DNA from: Octopus bimaculoides
Taxonomy: Eukaryota
DNA: 64,000 nucleotides
Assembly (NCBI RefSeq): GCF_001194135.2
Contig: NC_068982.1
Coordinates: forward strand, 65,629,668 to 65,693,667
Direction of reading: 5' to 3'
This document shows positions 1 to 12,800 of this stretch, piece by piece. The first letter of the stretch is position 1. Every line of letters starts with the position of its first letter. The translations under genes and the position numbers were made by a program. The notes beneath the pieces are model-generated. The model was not told the origin of the DNA, made no database searches, and was given only the letters and a program-made list of their open reading frames with translations.

Positions 1-342
1 GTTTCATTTTAAAAGTGAAAGTATTTGACATGAGTGTTTTTGTTTCACTTTTAACACGTAATACTTAAATAGTGGAGGAGATATGATGTTGCTGTGGGCT
101 CGAACTATGCAAGAAGTTTAAAAAAATTTTTGACTAAAACACAACCGGAACCCTAAGTAAGACATGTGTAAAATTTGAATGAAATTGGTTTTGTAGTTCT
201 CGAGTCTTAGGGAAACAGACACACATTCTCATTTTTATATATATAGATTACTAAATACCTAGTTAAGCAACTCGGAATGAAATCTGCATTTCACATCTGG
301 CCTGGTTTTTGTCCGGGCCTTCGCATGCAAGCTCATTCTTCA

Positions 343-560
343 TATGATAATGAAAAGGAATTTCTTAACGGTTATGCTAATCAAGTTAGAAAGACTATTC
401 GACGTGAGCTTACAACATAATACAGCATAATTATGGGTACAACTCCAACTTCGTCACATACAGAACAAATTACATTGGTATTACAATGCGTTTATCTTGA
501 CAAGGTTACTTGCCAATATGAAACAAGAGAAAACTTGATTTTGTTGATTGTAACCAAAAG
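343..560 (+). mobile_element. Degenerate hAT-superfamily transposase fragment
   Basis: Translates to YDNEKEFLNGYANQVRKTIRRELTT*YSIIMGTTPTSSHTEQITLVLQCVYLD...YETRE, then after a frameshift DFVDCNQK. This resembles the hAT/ZMYM-type YSIIxDxTPDxSHxEQ..LRYV block. Contains a stop and a frameshift. Confidence 0.7.
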
Positions 561-1683
561 TAAGTCGTTGTTGTGGTCAAACTGATATTCGATTAGCTAA
601 AAAAAGAAAAAAGAAATTTGCCTATCATAATGAAGACTGAACAACGAGAGTAAGACGTTTGGTTGCTATAATGGTTGTGAAGCAATTCTAGATAAGTCCA
701 ATCCCATTTACACCATACATTAGCAGTCGTTCTCGACGATAACGAATCCTAAAGAAAAAAGATTGTATTTTGGTTTCACTGTATGGTATATCTATTGCTC
801 AGTAGTCAGCAAGAGATGCAAGCTAAGCTTTCTGCAATTCACATTCCTACTTTACAAAACAAAATTGTATCCCTGTTTACTCTGAATCTGATTCCAAATC
901 CAATTTCAAACATAAGAAGCATCCAAACTTATGTAACAGACAATATGTAATATGTGGAAATGTAGCATGTAAGCTGTAACAAGTTAGTAATTTATGGATG
1001 TATTGAAATCAATAGACGAAAGATAATCCATACTTATAACAGACTTCATTCAATTGTTAAGTAAATTACAAAACAGGGTTCTTTTCTATGGATCTCTGGG
1101 ATCTTTTGAAGTTTTAAAATTTAGTGAAAATTTTCAAATTTGGAAAATTGATGTAATTTTTCACGCTGAATCTGATGTTGTTACTCACTTGTTCCAGAAA
1201 AATTTTAGAAAAATGTTACTGCGGTTTGAAGTTTGTTTTCACTCAATCAGAAAACAGGATTTGGAAGCTAACAATTTCTGCATGATAACTTTTGTTAATC
1301 AAGATTTCAAAAACCACATTAAAATAAAAATCATTAATTGAAGAAAATACTAACATGAACGAAGAAAGAAAAAAACCCCCATCAATTCAGTACCAAGTGG
1401 CTCAATTAGTCTATAAGAATTGGATGAGATATGACGGCTCGGCCGTCTCTCCCCAGTTCTTATATTAATCATTATAATCCAGAAATACAACACGAGGGAT
1501 AACGGTAACAACAGATCAATAATTTATTCTAGGTTGGTGTAGAGCCGTTTCGTTCCTGGGTGAACAGGCATGCCTCTAGAATACCAAAGGAAGCTTCGAC
1601 CACATGTCGGGGTCGAGTTGGGACAGCCTGAAAGAACGTCCTGTCGCCACAGCTGCTGGATGGATAAGAGAGCGAACGCTATT

Positions 1684-2244
1684 NNNNNNNNNNNNNNNNN
1701 NNNNNNNNNNNNNNNNNNNNNNNNNNNNNNNNNNNNNNNNNNNNNNNNNNNNNNNNNNNNNNNNNNNNNNNNNNNNNNNNNNNNNNNNNNNNNNNNNNNN
1801 NNNNNNNNNNNNNNNNNNNNNNNNNNNNNNNNNNNNNNNNNNNNNNNNNNNNNNNNNNNNNNNNNNNNNNNNNNNNNNNNNNNNNNNNNNNNNNNNNNNN
1901 NNNNNNNNNNNNNNNNNNNNNNNNNNNNNNNNNNNNNNNNNNNNNNNNNNNNNNNNNNNNNNNNNNNNNNNNNNNNNNNNNNNNNNNNNNNNNNNNNNNN
2001 NNNNNNNNNNNNNNNNNNNNNNNNNNNNNNNNNNNNNNNNNNNNNNNNNNNNNNNNNNNNNNNNNNNNNNNNNNNNNNNNNNNNNNNNNNNNNNNNNNNN
2101 NNNNNNNNNNNNNNNNNNNNNNNNNNNNNNNNNNNNNNNNNNNNNNNNNNNNNNNNNNNNNNNNNNNNNNNNNNNNNNNNNNNNNNNNNNNNNNNNNNNN
2201 NNNNNNNNNNNNNNNNNNNNNNNNNNNNNNNNNNNNNNNNNNNN
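1684..2244. other. Assembly gap (N run)
   Basis: Run of N. Confidence 1.
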
Positions 2245-2276
2245 TGAACATTTAGTTTGATTATCTTAGAAGAAAC

Positions 2277-2873
2277 AAAAATCGAACTTCAAATTTGCCG
2301 ATAAGCAGGTGGTCATATTTTGTTCACTTTCTTTTTTATATGAATCGACCCTTGCCTGCGTGTGTACAGATCATGGTGTACCCATGTGCGTAGACACGTG
2401 CGCGTACGTACATACATACATACATACATATGCGACTCTGTGTGTGTATGTGTATCTGAGAGTGTGTGTGTGTCTGCGTGTGTGTATGTGTACAGTGATG
2501 GATTCGAGGGTTTCGTTTATTTACGACTTGATTTTTTAATTTCACCGGAGTATAAAATACCTATGATGCTGATACTTAAAAAAAAAATCGAACTTACATA
2601 TTTCCCAATGAGCAAGCGGTCATATTATTTGGTTCGCTTTTTTTTTTTTCTTCATAAGAATCGACCCTCGTCTGCGTGTCTATAGATCATGGTGTACCTA
2701 TGCGCGTAGATACGTGTGCGTACATACATACATACATCCATACATACATAAATGTGTGTGTGTGTGTGCGTGTGTACACTGATGGATTCGAGGGTTTCAT
2801 TTATTTACGAGTTGATTTCTTAATCTCACCGGAGTATAAATACATAGGATGGTGATACTCAAAAAAAAAAAAA
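2277..2873. repeat. Tandem duplication, ~306-bp unit x2, with internal (TACA)n/(TG)n
   Basis: ATCGAACTT at 2281 and 2587. GAATCGACCC...GATCATGGTGTACC...GATGGATTCGAGGGTTTC...CACCGGAGTATAAA recurs in both units. Confidence 0.85.
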
Positions 2874-3109
2874 TGAATTCAGTTCAATTGAAAAGCATGG
2901 GTAAGCAACACATTGTAAGCCACACTATAATTTGTGAAAAAATTTATCTGCGCGCAGGGTATGCATCGCCCCTCCGATGCCTTTTTTTTTCTTTCATACG
3001 GTTTATAATCATAAAATAAAAGTAATAGGCATTAAAAAAATCGAATCACTGATCATGAAACACCGTCTTCGATGGTCAGGATAGTAGCAAGAAAGGAAGA
3101 ATCAAAGTT

Positions 3110-3450
3110 CCCCTACCAACTCTAATTCAGCGAACACACTTCAAGAAAAGGACCACGAGGTTGCCCTCTTCGAAGATACAAGGACCAACTCAAAACAACA
3201 CTGAAAGCTATTGGACTTGAGCCTAAATCTTTTGAAATACAGGCCCGAGACCGTACCACCTGCGGTGTTCCATCACCATCAGAACCAAAAATTTAGAAGT
3301 CACCAGAAGAGAAAAGGAAGAAATAAAACGACAAGAGAGAAATGTTCGACAAAATCAACCTCGCCCTCCAACAACATTACCTTGCACTCAATACCATTGA
3401 CTCTTCCATGTAAGAATTGGTCTACAGAGTCATCAATGCCATCACCATAA
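3110..3450 (+). mobile_element. RTE-clade LINE ORF2 C-terminal remnant
   Basis: Frame-broken translation RGCPLRRYKDQLKTTLKAIGLEPKSFEIQARDRTT...PPTTLPCTQ...RIGLQSHQ matches the RTE C-terminal RYKDxLK/WE..A.DR motif and zinc-knuckle region. Confidence 0.7.
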
Positions 3451-4859
3451 AGAAAGTGTTCAGCAAAGGAAAAAACCAAAGTGCCGACAGTTTTATTTAT
3501 GATAGAAAATGACATTACCAAAACAATGAGAGAAACCATTGATAAATATCAGCAGTCGACTCAATATATGTATATAGTGGATCTTGCATGCATGAAGTGG
3601 ATTCGATCCACCATAGCCAAATTTAAATTAACACTGCAACAGAACTTTTCCTACAGTGGAGCAATGGTTTTTCTCTGACAGCAATTTTACATTTTCCAGA
3701 TGCCTTTAGCTAGGCTGAAATAATGTCTTCACCACTTGACCCTTTCTAACCTCTTCTACTTCACCAAAAGCTAGAATAGAGATAACGAGATCACCAACTA
3801 AATCTATTGTTCTCAATGATATGTCTATCCTTCTGGATAGTTATAAAAGCAAGAACTCCCCAAGTAAAAATCAGTCGGTAACGACTCAACCTAACCTTTA
3901 CATGCATATACACTGAATTGAAGCACTTGAAGAATCAGATACGACTGTAACGCCTCTGTTGAAAATAGGACATATGTGCGTATGTGTGTGTGTGTGTGTG
4001 TGTGTACACATACACATATATTCGTTGTTTGTGTGTGTGCGTATGTGGCGCGTGTGTGCGTGTTCTGCGTCTTTCTACAAATAGACAATGCAATACAGAC
4101 TTTATTTTAAAACGTAAGATTCTAAAAAGGAAAAAAGTTCAAATAAAAAAAAGCTAGAAGCGTTGGTGGTGGGGAGTACTTCTCGTGGGTAAAATCGTAA
4201 TCTCCGTTGTCGAAACGGAATTCCAAAGAAATTTTGAAATAAATAAATAAACAAATAAATAAATATGGTGGGGAAGCCTATTGGGCATGTCCACCTAGAT
4301 GCGTTAATATTTCCACTTTCATTTTGTAATCAAAACCCAAGAGAATGCCCTAATGCCATTATCATACTATAGACAGAGCATCATTCACAATGCGTTTCCT
4401 CCTTTGTTGTTTTTGTTTTTGTTCCCCAATGAGTATGGAGGCGGGCTCTAGGACGTATTCTTCGAAGTAATGGAAGAGGTATATTCAAGGCTGATGATGC
4501 ATGACCACAGTGAAAGCACGAGGTATAGTTGTTAGGGTGTTGTATTCATGATATCGATTCCCAGACGGATGCTTTGAGCTCTTGAGCAAAACTCATTTAT
4601 CTCATATTCTAGTCCATTCAGCTGTAAATGCGTAACCCTACGACGACGAACTAGTGCCCTATTTAGGGGAAATATGATATCGGTTACTTAAACACCATGG
4701 AAACCGAGTAACCGAGAGACTTATGGAAGAGGATGATTTTGCTCTATCTGGGGGTACTGACAGGGATAATTAGCATAAAATTGGCAGATCTTCAATCAGT
4801 CAGCTGACTTAGAATGTCATAAGCCCCAGAAGCTGGTAAGAGCATAATGTAGTACGTAG

Positions 4860-5500
4860 GTGTATGGTGCGTAGTCATGACAAGGCAAGGGCCGGATGAT
4901 AGGTACAGAAGAAACAGCTATGATTCAGTTGAGACTGGGCTAGGAGGTGGAAAAAAGATCAAAGGGATTTTTCGTATTCATGTATCGGTGATGGGAGCGT
5001 ATCGGGAATGAAACTAGCTGATGTAAAGAGCTGAAGATTATAAAACATTTGAATTCTGCACCGGCGACATCAGTATGATGAGTTTAAGAGCCAAAAAGAA
5101 TGGTGAGCTTTGAAGTGACTAAGAAAGATGATTCAGAGATGAGTGAAATAAGGTAGATTTGCTTCATACTGGATAAGATAATGGTTGAAAAGTTAATAAT
5201 GGTTCAAGGAGCTCAAAGAGCGGTATATGAAATAAATGTGTTTGGAGAACAAGGGAAGATTTGAACAAGCGTAACGGTAAGTCGTCTTTGTGGATGCTGT
5301 CCAGGTGAAAGGGCTGAGTGGTAGAGAGAATGGTGGGTACGTATGTGCAGGCGTCAGGGAAGTTTAAGTAAAGACTACACTCTTTATTTAGGAGAGATGG
5401 ACAATAGATAGTAATTGAACGATTTGTGTCTCAAAGGGGAATAGAATGTTTGGTTTGTGTATTAGAAAGAGAGGATGTGTAGGGTCGTTGTTGGATTTAA
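4860..5500 (-). mobile_element. Highly degenerate LINE (CR1/L2-like) 3' region
   Basis: The minus strand reads ...ASFIP-like, as in the RT C-terminal SFIPRT motif. Many stops. Confidence 0.35.
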
Positions 5501-5969
5501 GGTCATGTAAATTAGAAAAGAGGAAAGAGAATTATCTTGTGGATTTAGTTTTAGATTCTGGTTCGTGGAAAGTATAGAAAGTATAGAAAGTACCAGTGTG
5601 TCGTGGGGTAAGCCCCTGTCGAGAGCCTAGTCCGAATACTTACAACAGAGAGAATTGCACAAAAGAGACCCATGGACCAGATTGTGGAATTAAAAGGGTT
5701 AGTGTGATGTGCCCATAGCTCAGAGAAGATCTATATACTTTCTGTTTTTGCCTCAATGATTAAAATATCAGTCATTGAGCTGATGCTGTCTAAACCTCAC
5801 TGCATAAATATTTCTAATTAGATATTTAATTTTCGCTACATTAAATGTGTTAACTCTAGTTTAACTCTAAAATGTTAGTATATTTATATCTTTTCCGTTC
5901 AGATCGAAATTAATTCGTTTGAGATACTTTCGTACAGTGGATGAAGCGTCTGTCATAGAATGATTTCTG

Positions 5970-5986
5970 TGACGTCACATAGTAAC
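5970..5986 (+). promoter_or_regulatory. Palindromic CRE (TGACGTCA) overlapping an RFX X-box-like motif (GTCACATAGTAAC) upstream of the ARL3 ATG
   Basis: TGACGTCA at 5970-5977 and GTCAC-AT-AGTAAC at 5974-5986, ending 19 nt before the start codon. Confidence 0.5.
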
Positions 5987-6005
5987 CATCGCAGGCGAAT
6001 ACACA

Positions 6006-6008
6006 ATG
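6006..6008 (+). CDS. ARL3: ARL3 coding exon 1 (ATG only)
   Basis: acaATG followed by a gtgagt donor. The ATG-only first coding exon matches vertebrate ARL3 and supplies the Met missing from exon 2. Confidence 0.85.
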
Positions 6009-9000
6009 GTGAGTGACGCGTCTTTTGTGTATATTTGTCTATGATTTAGCACTTCTTCTAACTTGACTCTTCTAAGCTTTTATTATTTCTGATATATTTC
6101 ATATATCAACGAATGTTACTATTGCTTTCTACATAGAACTGTTTTTACTAAAGCAATTTAAAAACATCGCTATAAGAATGCCGTTGCCATCTCACTGATG
6201 ATGGCGACCGTTTGAATGAATTGAATGTCTTAATTCATATATCGCGTCTTTTCTGAAATAATTCCAGTATTTCAATAGATTATAATTATAGTATAATTAT
6301 AATATAATATAACAAAGTATGGTAATTGTTCAGTTTACGTTCGTAAAATCTAAACGTATTGTTGACAATATTGATAACTTTGATTTTAGCTTTAGTCGTT
6401 TTTATTTATTTCTCAGTTCTTGCTTATTTTATATCTTTTCTGAGTCGTACTTTTAGCTGCAAGTCTGTTTTATGAAGGGAAAGAAGAAAGCAGCAAGAAA
6501 TGGTAGCTAGATAACCAGTCAGAAATATAGATTTATGTGTGAGAGATACAGGTAGATAGTTTTAAAAGTCGAGTAAATAATCATTTTCTTCAAAGCGAAG
6601 CTAGAAATCAGTTGTAAATAGCAGAATAAGATGACGAAGGGTAACAAGGGTGAATAAAGTATTAGATAACATACTTTAGTGTATTTAGTTATGTTCCTTC
6701 GCTTTTTTTTACGAACGTAAACTAAACAATTACCCAAAGTATAAACAATTATACTTTGTAGATTTTATTCTGCTCTATCGCAGTTTTGTAATGAAATTTT
6801 TCCTGAACTAGGAGCAAGGCCAGATTTTATTGGTGATGAATCAGATTTATTGACTAAACTGTTGATTATTATTTATTGCATATAATAGAAGGAAAAGTGA
6901 AATTAATTGCAGCCAAAATTGAACTATGAGCACGGAAGCATGTAATCAGGTATAATTAAAGCATATTGTGTGAGGTTTTACTCTCTCGACCATCAATATT
7001 CTCCTTTCGAGGGTCTAGCTGGCGGACAACGTGTTACCTGTGGAAATATTTAGAATATTTTCACACACACACACACACACACACACACCATCACTACCAC
7101 CTTCATCAACCTCATCCATCGAAATAGTAACATGCATTCTACACTCTACAGCAGATTAAATTTGTTAGATACACAAAATATAACTTTGACAACCAACACA
7201 AAATATAACTTTGACAACCAATCGAGGAAATTCTCTACGTGGTCTTTCTGTGTGCTAAAAATAACAGCCAAACCATACCCCATATTCTTAAAAATAGTCG
7301 GACACATTCGATAATGCAGTACTAGATACACATGTTTAAATACAAAAGACAGAATAGTTACGGCTGGAATGTTTTTAGTTATTGGTTTATTTAATCAGGG
7401 ATTGTTGATCTAATGTTAAACGTCCACAATATAGCCTTGAAATTGTGCATGAGTATGCACCCATTCACACATACAAGTTGGTGGGTATGTATGTATGTAT
7501 GCATGCATGCATGCATGAAACAAAAAGGTGTGTTATTATATTATTCTTGAATGCTTTCTGTATAATTTCATGATCAGCCCCCATCTCAAACCTGGATAAA
7601 CTATACCTGTTTGAGAACGCCAGCATATCTATTGTGTTGTGAAGATTGGGTCAGTGGAATAGTATTCAATGGTAATTTTATATGTAGTTGTATTAATTTT
7701 AAAGTGTTAAGGTGTGATTTGAGGAAGATTTGGCTGCTGTTCCTTGTAAGTTGAGCTACTACAAAGAAGCCCACTTGTTGGCTTGTATTTTTGTTTTATT
7801 GTATTGATTAGCTTTTTGAGTGAAACTAGTGAGAATGAAGCATAACTCATTTAATCTGTGTGAATCTGATGTATCATTTGTATTCTGATATAATTAAACA
7901 TCTAAACACCTTCCAAAACAGCAAAGAATTTTGGTTGGTCCATTGGCAGAGTATTCTATGAGATCTCTTCAAACACAGTCTGATTTAGCTTTCCAAACTT
8001 TGCTACAAACACCACCTAAAATCCAAACAAATTAAATCAACCAAATGGATGAAACATATCCAGACACTATGTTTACATATAACAAATTGTGCAGCCTAGA
8101 CCTAGACGAGGCTGAGGTATGGTGTACTCAATGAAATGGACTTGTGGATTTCTTCCTGATCAACCGTTGTCATGCTACAAGATCCATTAGAAGAAGACTG
8201 AGAATACTCAATCACAATAACTTGTGCTAATAATTATGGACAGAAAATTCTGGAAATAATTGAAACTAATCATATTCAATTTTCCCAGTTTTGAGTTGTG
8301 GTTTGACTTTCTCAAGGGAGTAGCAAACTCTTCTTCAAATACACTTCCGACAATTTCAAAATAGTGATGTATTTTTAAGTCCTAAATCATAGGTTAATAT
8401 ATCCTCAAAAATTTGGAAAACCACAACCAATAATTTGATCAAGCACTGAAATAAATTCAGTCAGAGCCAACTTGCTGAACATCTTATATCAACATATCCA
8501 GAGTGCAAGCGCAATGAGTTACTTATTGGATTACCTGCCTCCATGCCATAGGTCTTTTGAAGCTGATAGTTCTTATGTAATACAACTACTATAGGTTATA
8601 AAGTGAAACCATTCCATTAGCTTTTTTTACTAATTCAGTTCTCTTTTCATTATGCTAATCTACTGTGTTCAAATAACAATGGAAATTTACTATTACACAC
8701 TACAGTCAAGAATGACCTGCCAATGACAACACATTTCTCTGATCTCTTTAATTATTTTCTTTCTTTTATTTTCCCAAAATATCATAGGGTCATTAAACAA
8801 ATTATGTATGTTAATTCAATAATTTTCTTTTTGTTTTCATTCATTGACATCACTTTACATACTTGCAATGCAAATATTTATCTCATTTTGCAAATGTTTA
8901 TCTCCTTTTGCAAATGTTTATCTCATTTCAAATTAATTATTATTTTGATATTGTATTTGCCAGGGTTTATTAGCATTACTTCGTAAACTGAAATCTCAGC

Positions 9001-9865
9001 CTGACAAGGAAGTACGATTATTGTTATTAGGACTTGACAATGCTGGTAAAACTACACTTTTGAAAAAGCTTGCTTCAGAAGATATTAGCCACATAACACC
9101 AACTCAGGTAATTGTTTAGATATTCTGTTACTGTTACTTAACCTACTGTTTTTATAATCAGAAGTTTCACATTGATTGCATACTTGTTGTGACCATTCTG
9201 CCAGTTTAATTATTGCATATTTTTTAATGCTTCTGTTTTCTCTCTCATCAGTGCAGTAATTAGTAGCAAATATGAACTATGTTAATGATTATATTTGGTT
9301 AAATATAAGTTAAAACCTGGTGATCAGTGACAAGACCAGTTAATTGTATCAATCTATAGATACAGGCATGATTGTGTAGTAAGAAGTTTGCTCCATAACC
9401 ACATGGTTTTGGGTTCAGTCCCTCTGCATGGCACCTTGGGCATTTATCTTCTACTATAGTCCCAGGCCAACTAAAGCCTTGTGAACAGATTTGATAGAAG
9501 AAAGCTGACAGGATAGGATGTTCTTGAGAAGACCCACCCACCTCAGCAAAACAGTTTTGGAAGCACTGTGTATTATGTGTCCTCTACATACACATTATAT
9601 TAAGGCACCCCCATCAATGAACCACACTAATCTCATTGTACAATTTGCTTGTCTCTGCCACCACTGCCAACTGTATCATTGCTGTCCTACCCTATAAACC
9701 TGTGCTCACTACTCACTGCATTCCCCTTTTCCACCCCTCTCTCCCACTCTTCTTTTACACTCTTGTGAACTCCCTCCTCATTCATCTTGTTTGGTCCTAT
9801 TGTACTACTCCACTTACATTCATCTCCTTGTACCTTGAGAGTATATCCTGGCACATCTTCACCAC

Positions 9866-9899
<34 letters not shown>

Positions 9900-12800
9900 T
9901 ATGTATCTTCTCTAGAGCAAGACATCTATTTCTGTCTCTCTGTCATAGTTTCTCTCATCGCCTATATATACATAGAGAGAGACAGAGATACGCACACATA
10001 TATACACAATTTTAATGTCCATTTTGCCATGCATGGGTGGGGAGGTAAGGCTTCTCCCACACAGCCTATTTCCACTCAGTGCAGTCTTTTGTCATCCCCT
10101 CATATGATGTAACAACTTTATCACTTTTTCAGAAAATCTTCCCCTTCCACAGGTTCCATTTACCTTGAGTGTGCACCACCTCTTTGTACAATTGTCTGTG
10201 TCCATTTGTATCACATGTTCATACCAATGCAATCTTCTCTCTTGCACACTACATCTGATTCCTCTTATATTTACTTTTCTCTCAGTTCATTTGTACAGTC
10301 TCATTATAGACTTTAGTATTACACATCTAGCAAAGCATGTCTGCTTCATTTTTTTTTCTAGTTTTCACAAATCCTCTGTGTTCAAGACAATGTCTCACTG
10401 CTCTACAACACCATGTTTCATACTTTATCATTATAAATCTATCCCTCATTATCAGTGAAAAACCCTTTGTTGCCAGCATAAATATTAGTACCTTGAATTT
10501 TCCAATCAGTTCTTATTCTGGCCACAATCTTCTCTGAACACTTGCCCCCACTGCAAGTTGGGTAAGTGTTCAGAGAACTAAATAACTGAAGATATCCACT
10601 TCTTCTAGAGACTTGTCTAGGCACAGGTGAGAGAGTCTGCTTTGGATGTGCTTTTAGCAATTATTTCTGCAGTACAACCACTGTGAGCAAAGGCTATTTA
10701 TGTTTGTTATCCTGCTTGTGAACCCACTACACATCCTATGCATTTATAGTTTATTCTTGAAACACTACTTGGAATCTTGCATCCAGTTTTCCTTGCTTGC
10801 ATGAAGTGGACAGAGATAGAATTTCTATGGCTTGATGCCCTTCTTGCTCCCAACCTTTACTTGTTTCCAAGCAAGGTAATATGCTTGAATGACAGTGACA
10901 CTCTCAACTATCATATGAAATCCTCTCATTCAGTTATGTTTGCTCCCATTTCCTGGCAGCTTCTTGTTTCGGGTGCCACCAGAAGGGAATGAATATTATT
11001 GTAAAGTGTAAAATTGTGTTTGACCCTCTGGCTGATAACTGATGAGGAGTTGATGACCTGTGTTTGTTTTCCATTTGTTTGTGCATTTATTGTTTTTTTT
11101 AATATATATANNNNNNNNNNNNNNNNNNNNNNNNNNNNNNNNNNNNNNNNNNNNNNNNNNNNNNNNNNNNNNNNNNNNNNNNNNNNNNNNNNNNNNNNNN
11201 NNNNNNNNNNNNNNNNNNNNNNATATATTAGTAACAGAGGTGGATGCTCCAAGAGTGCAGCTGTGAGACTAAGAATAGGATGGGGAAAATTCAGAGAGCT
11301 CTTACCTCTGCTGATAACAAAGGGCCTCTCTTTCAGAGTGAAAGGCAGATTGTATGATACTTGTGTGCGAACAGCTATGCTACACAGCAGTGAAACATGG
11401 GCTGTGACAACCGAGGACATGCATAGGCTTAAAAGAAATGAAGCCAGTATGCTTCACTGCATGTACAATGTCAGTGTGCATGTTCAACATAGTGTAGGCA
11501 TCTTGAGAGAAAAGTTGGGCATAAGAGGTATCAGATGCGGTATGTAAAAGAGACAACTGTGCTGGTATGATCATGTGATGCATATGGACATGGACAGCTG
11601 TGTAAAGAAGTGCCGATCTCTAACTGTGGAGGGAATCTTTGGTAGAGGTAGACCCAGGAAGACATGGGACAAAGTGGTGAAGCATGATCTTCAAACTTTG
11701 AGCCTCATAGAGGCAATGACTAGTGACTGAGACCTTTGGCAATGTGCTGTACTTGAGAAGACCTGTCAAACCAAGTGAAATCATAGTCATGGCTGATGCT
11801 GGTGTCACGTAACTGGAGCATAAAAAGCACCTTTTGAGCATTGGGCCACATGGAGGCAAAGTGGCTGATGCTGGTGGCATGTTGAAAAGCTCCTTTTGAG
11901 TGTTGGACCTCACAGAGGCAATGACTGAGACCTTTGGCATTATGTCATGTTTGCGAAGAAGACCCATCAAGCCAAGTAAAATTGCAGTTGTGGAAGATAA
12001 CTGTCATGCAAATGGCACCCTTGCCAGAGGCATGTAAAAAGCACCCATTACACTCTTGGAGTGGTTGGTGTTAGGAAGGGCATCCAGCCATAGAAACCAT
12101 GCCAAATCAGACTGGAGTCTGGTGCAGCCTTTCAGCTTGCTACCCCTGTTCAAACCATCCAACCCATGCCAACATGGACAACAGACAGTAAATGATGATG
12201 ATGATGATGATATATGTAAAACGAGATATATTTTATGGTTATCTTATGGCTGTATATTTTCTGTTGAAATATGTTTGCATAGTAGTGAGTGAAAAGTAAA
12301 TGTTCTGCTATGTCTCTCTCATTTGAAATTTACCATAATTAATGTTGATGGTTTTTTTTTTTTTTTTTCATTCTTATGGTTTCTAATAAATCTTTGTTTT
12401 ACTTATTTTCCTAAAGGGCTTTAATATAAAAACCGTGCAATCAGGAGGTTTCCGCTTGAATGTCTGGGACATTGGTGGGCAGCGAAAGATTCGTCCATAC
12501 TGGAAGAACTATTTTGAAAATACAGATTTCTTGGTATTTTTTTATTTTTGTCTTATTTTCTTATATTTGTAAAATATTCATGGATGGGTAATGTCAGTGT
12601 GTATATATGACAGAGTGTAAGTGATTTGAGAGGAAAACTGGGTATACAAGGTATCAGATGTAGTGTGCAAGGGAGAAGACTGTGCTAGTCATGTAATGTG
12701 TTTGAATGAAGACAGTTGCATCAAGAGGTGCCTGTCTCTAATTGTAGAGAGAACATGTGGAAGGTGTGGACCCAGGAAGACATGGGATGAAGTGGTGAGA

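Noticed and set aside
1600-1683. HDV-like ribozyme suggested by ACG-TCCTGT-CGC and GCGAA in a CpG-rich stretch
   Set aside because: P1 pairs only partially, no P2 partner is found, and the region is cut by the gap.
1570-2260. ORFs of about 200 aa, here and at 54618-55372
   Set aside because: Artefacts of reading through N gaps.
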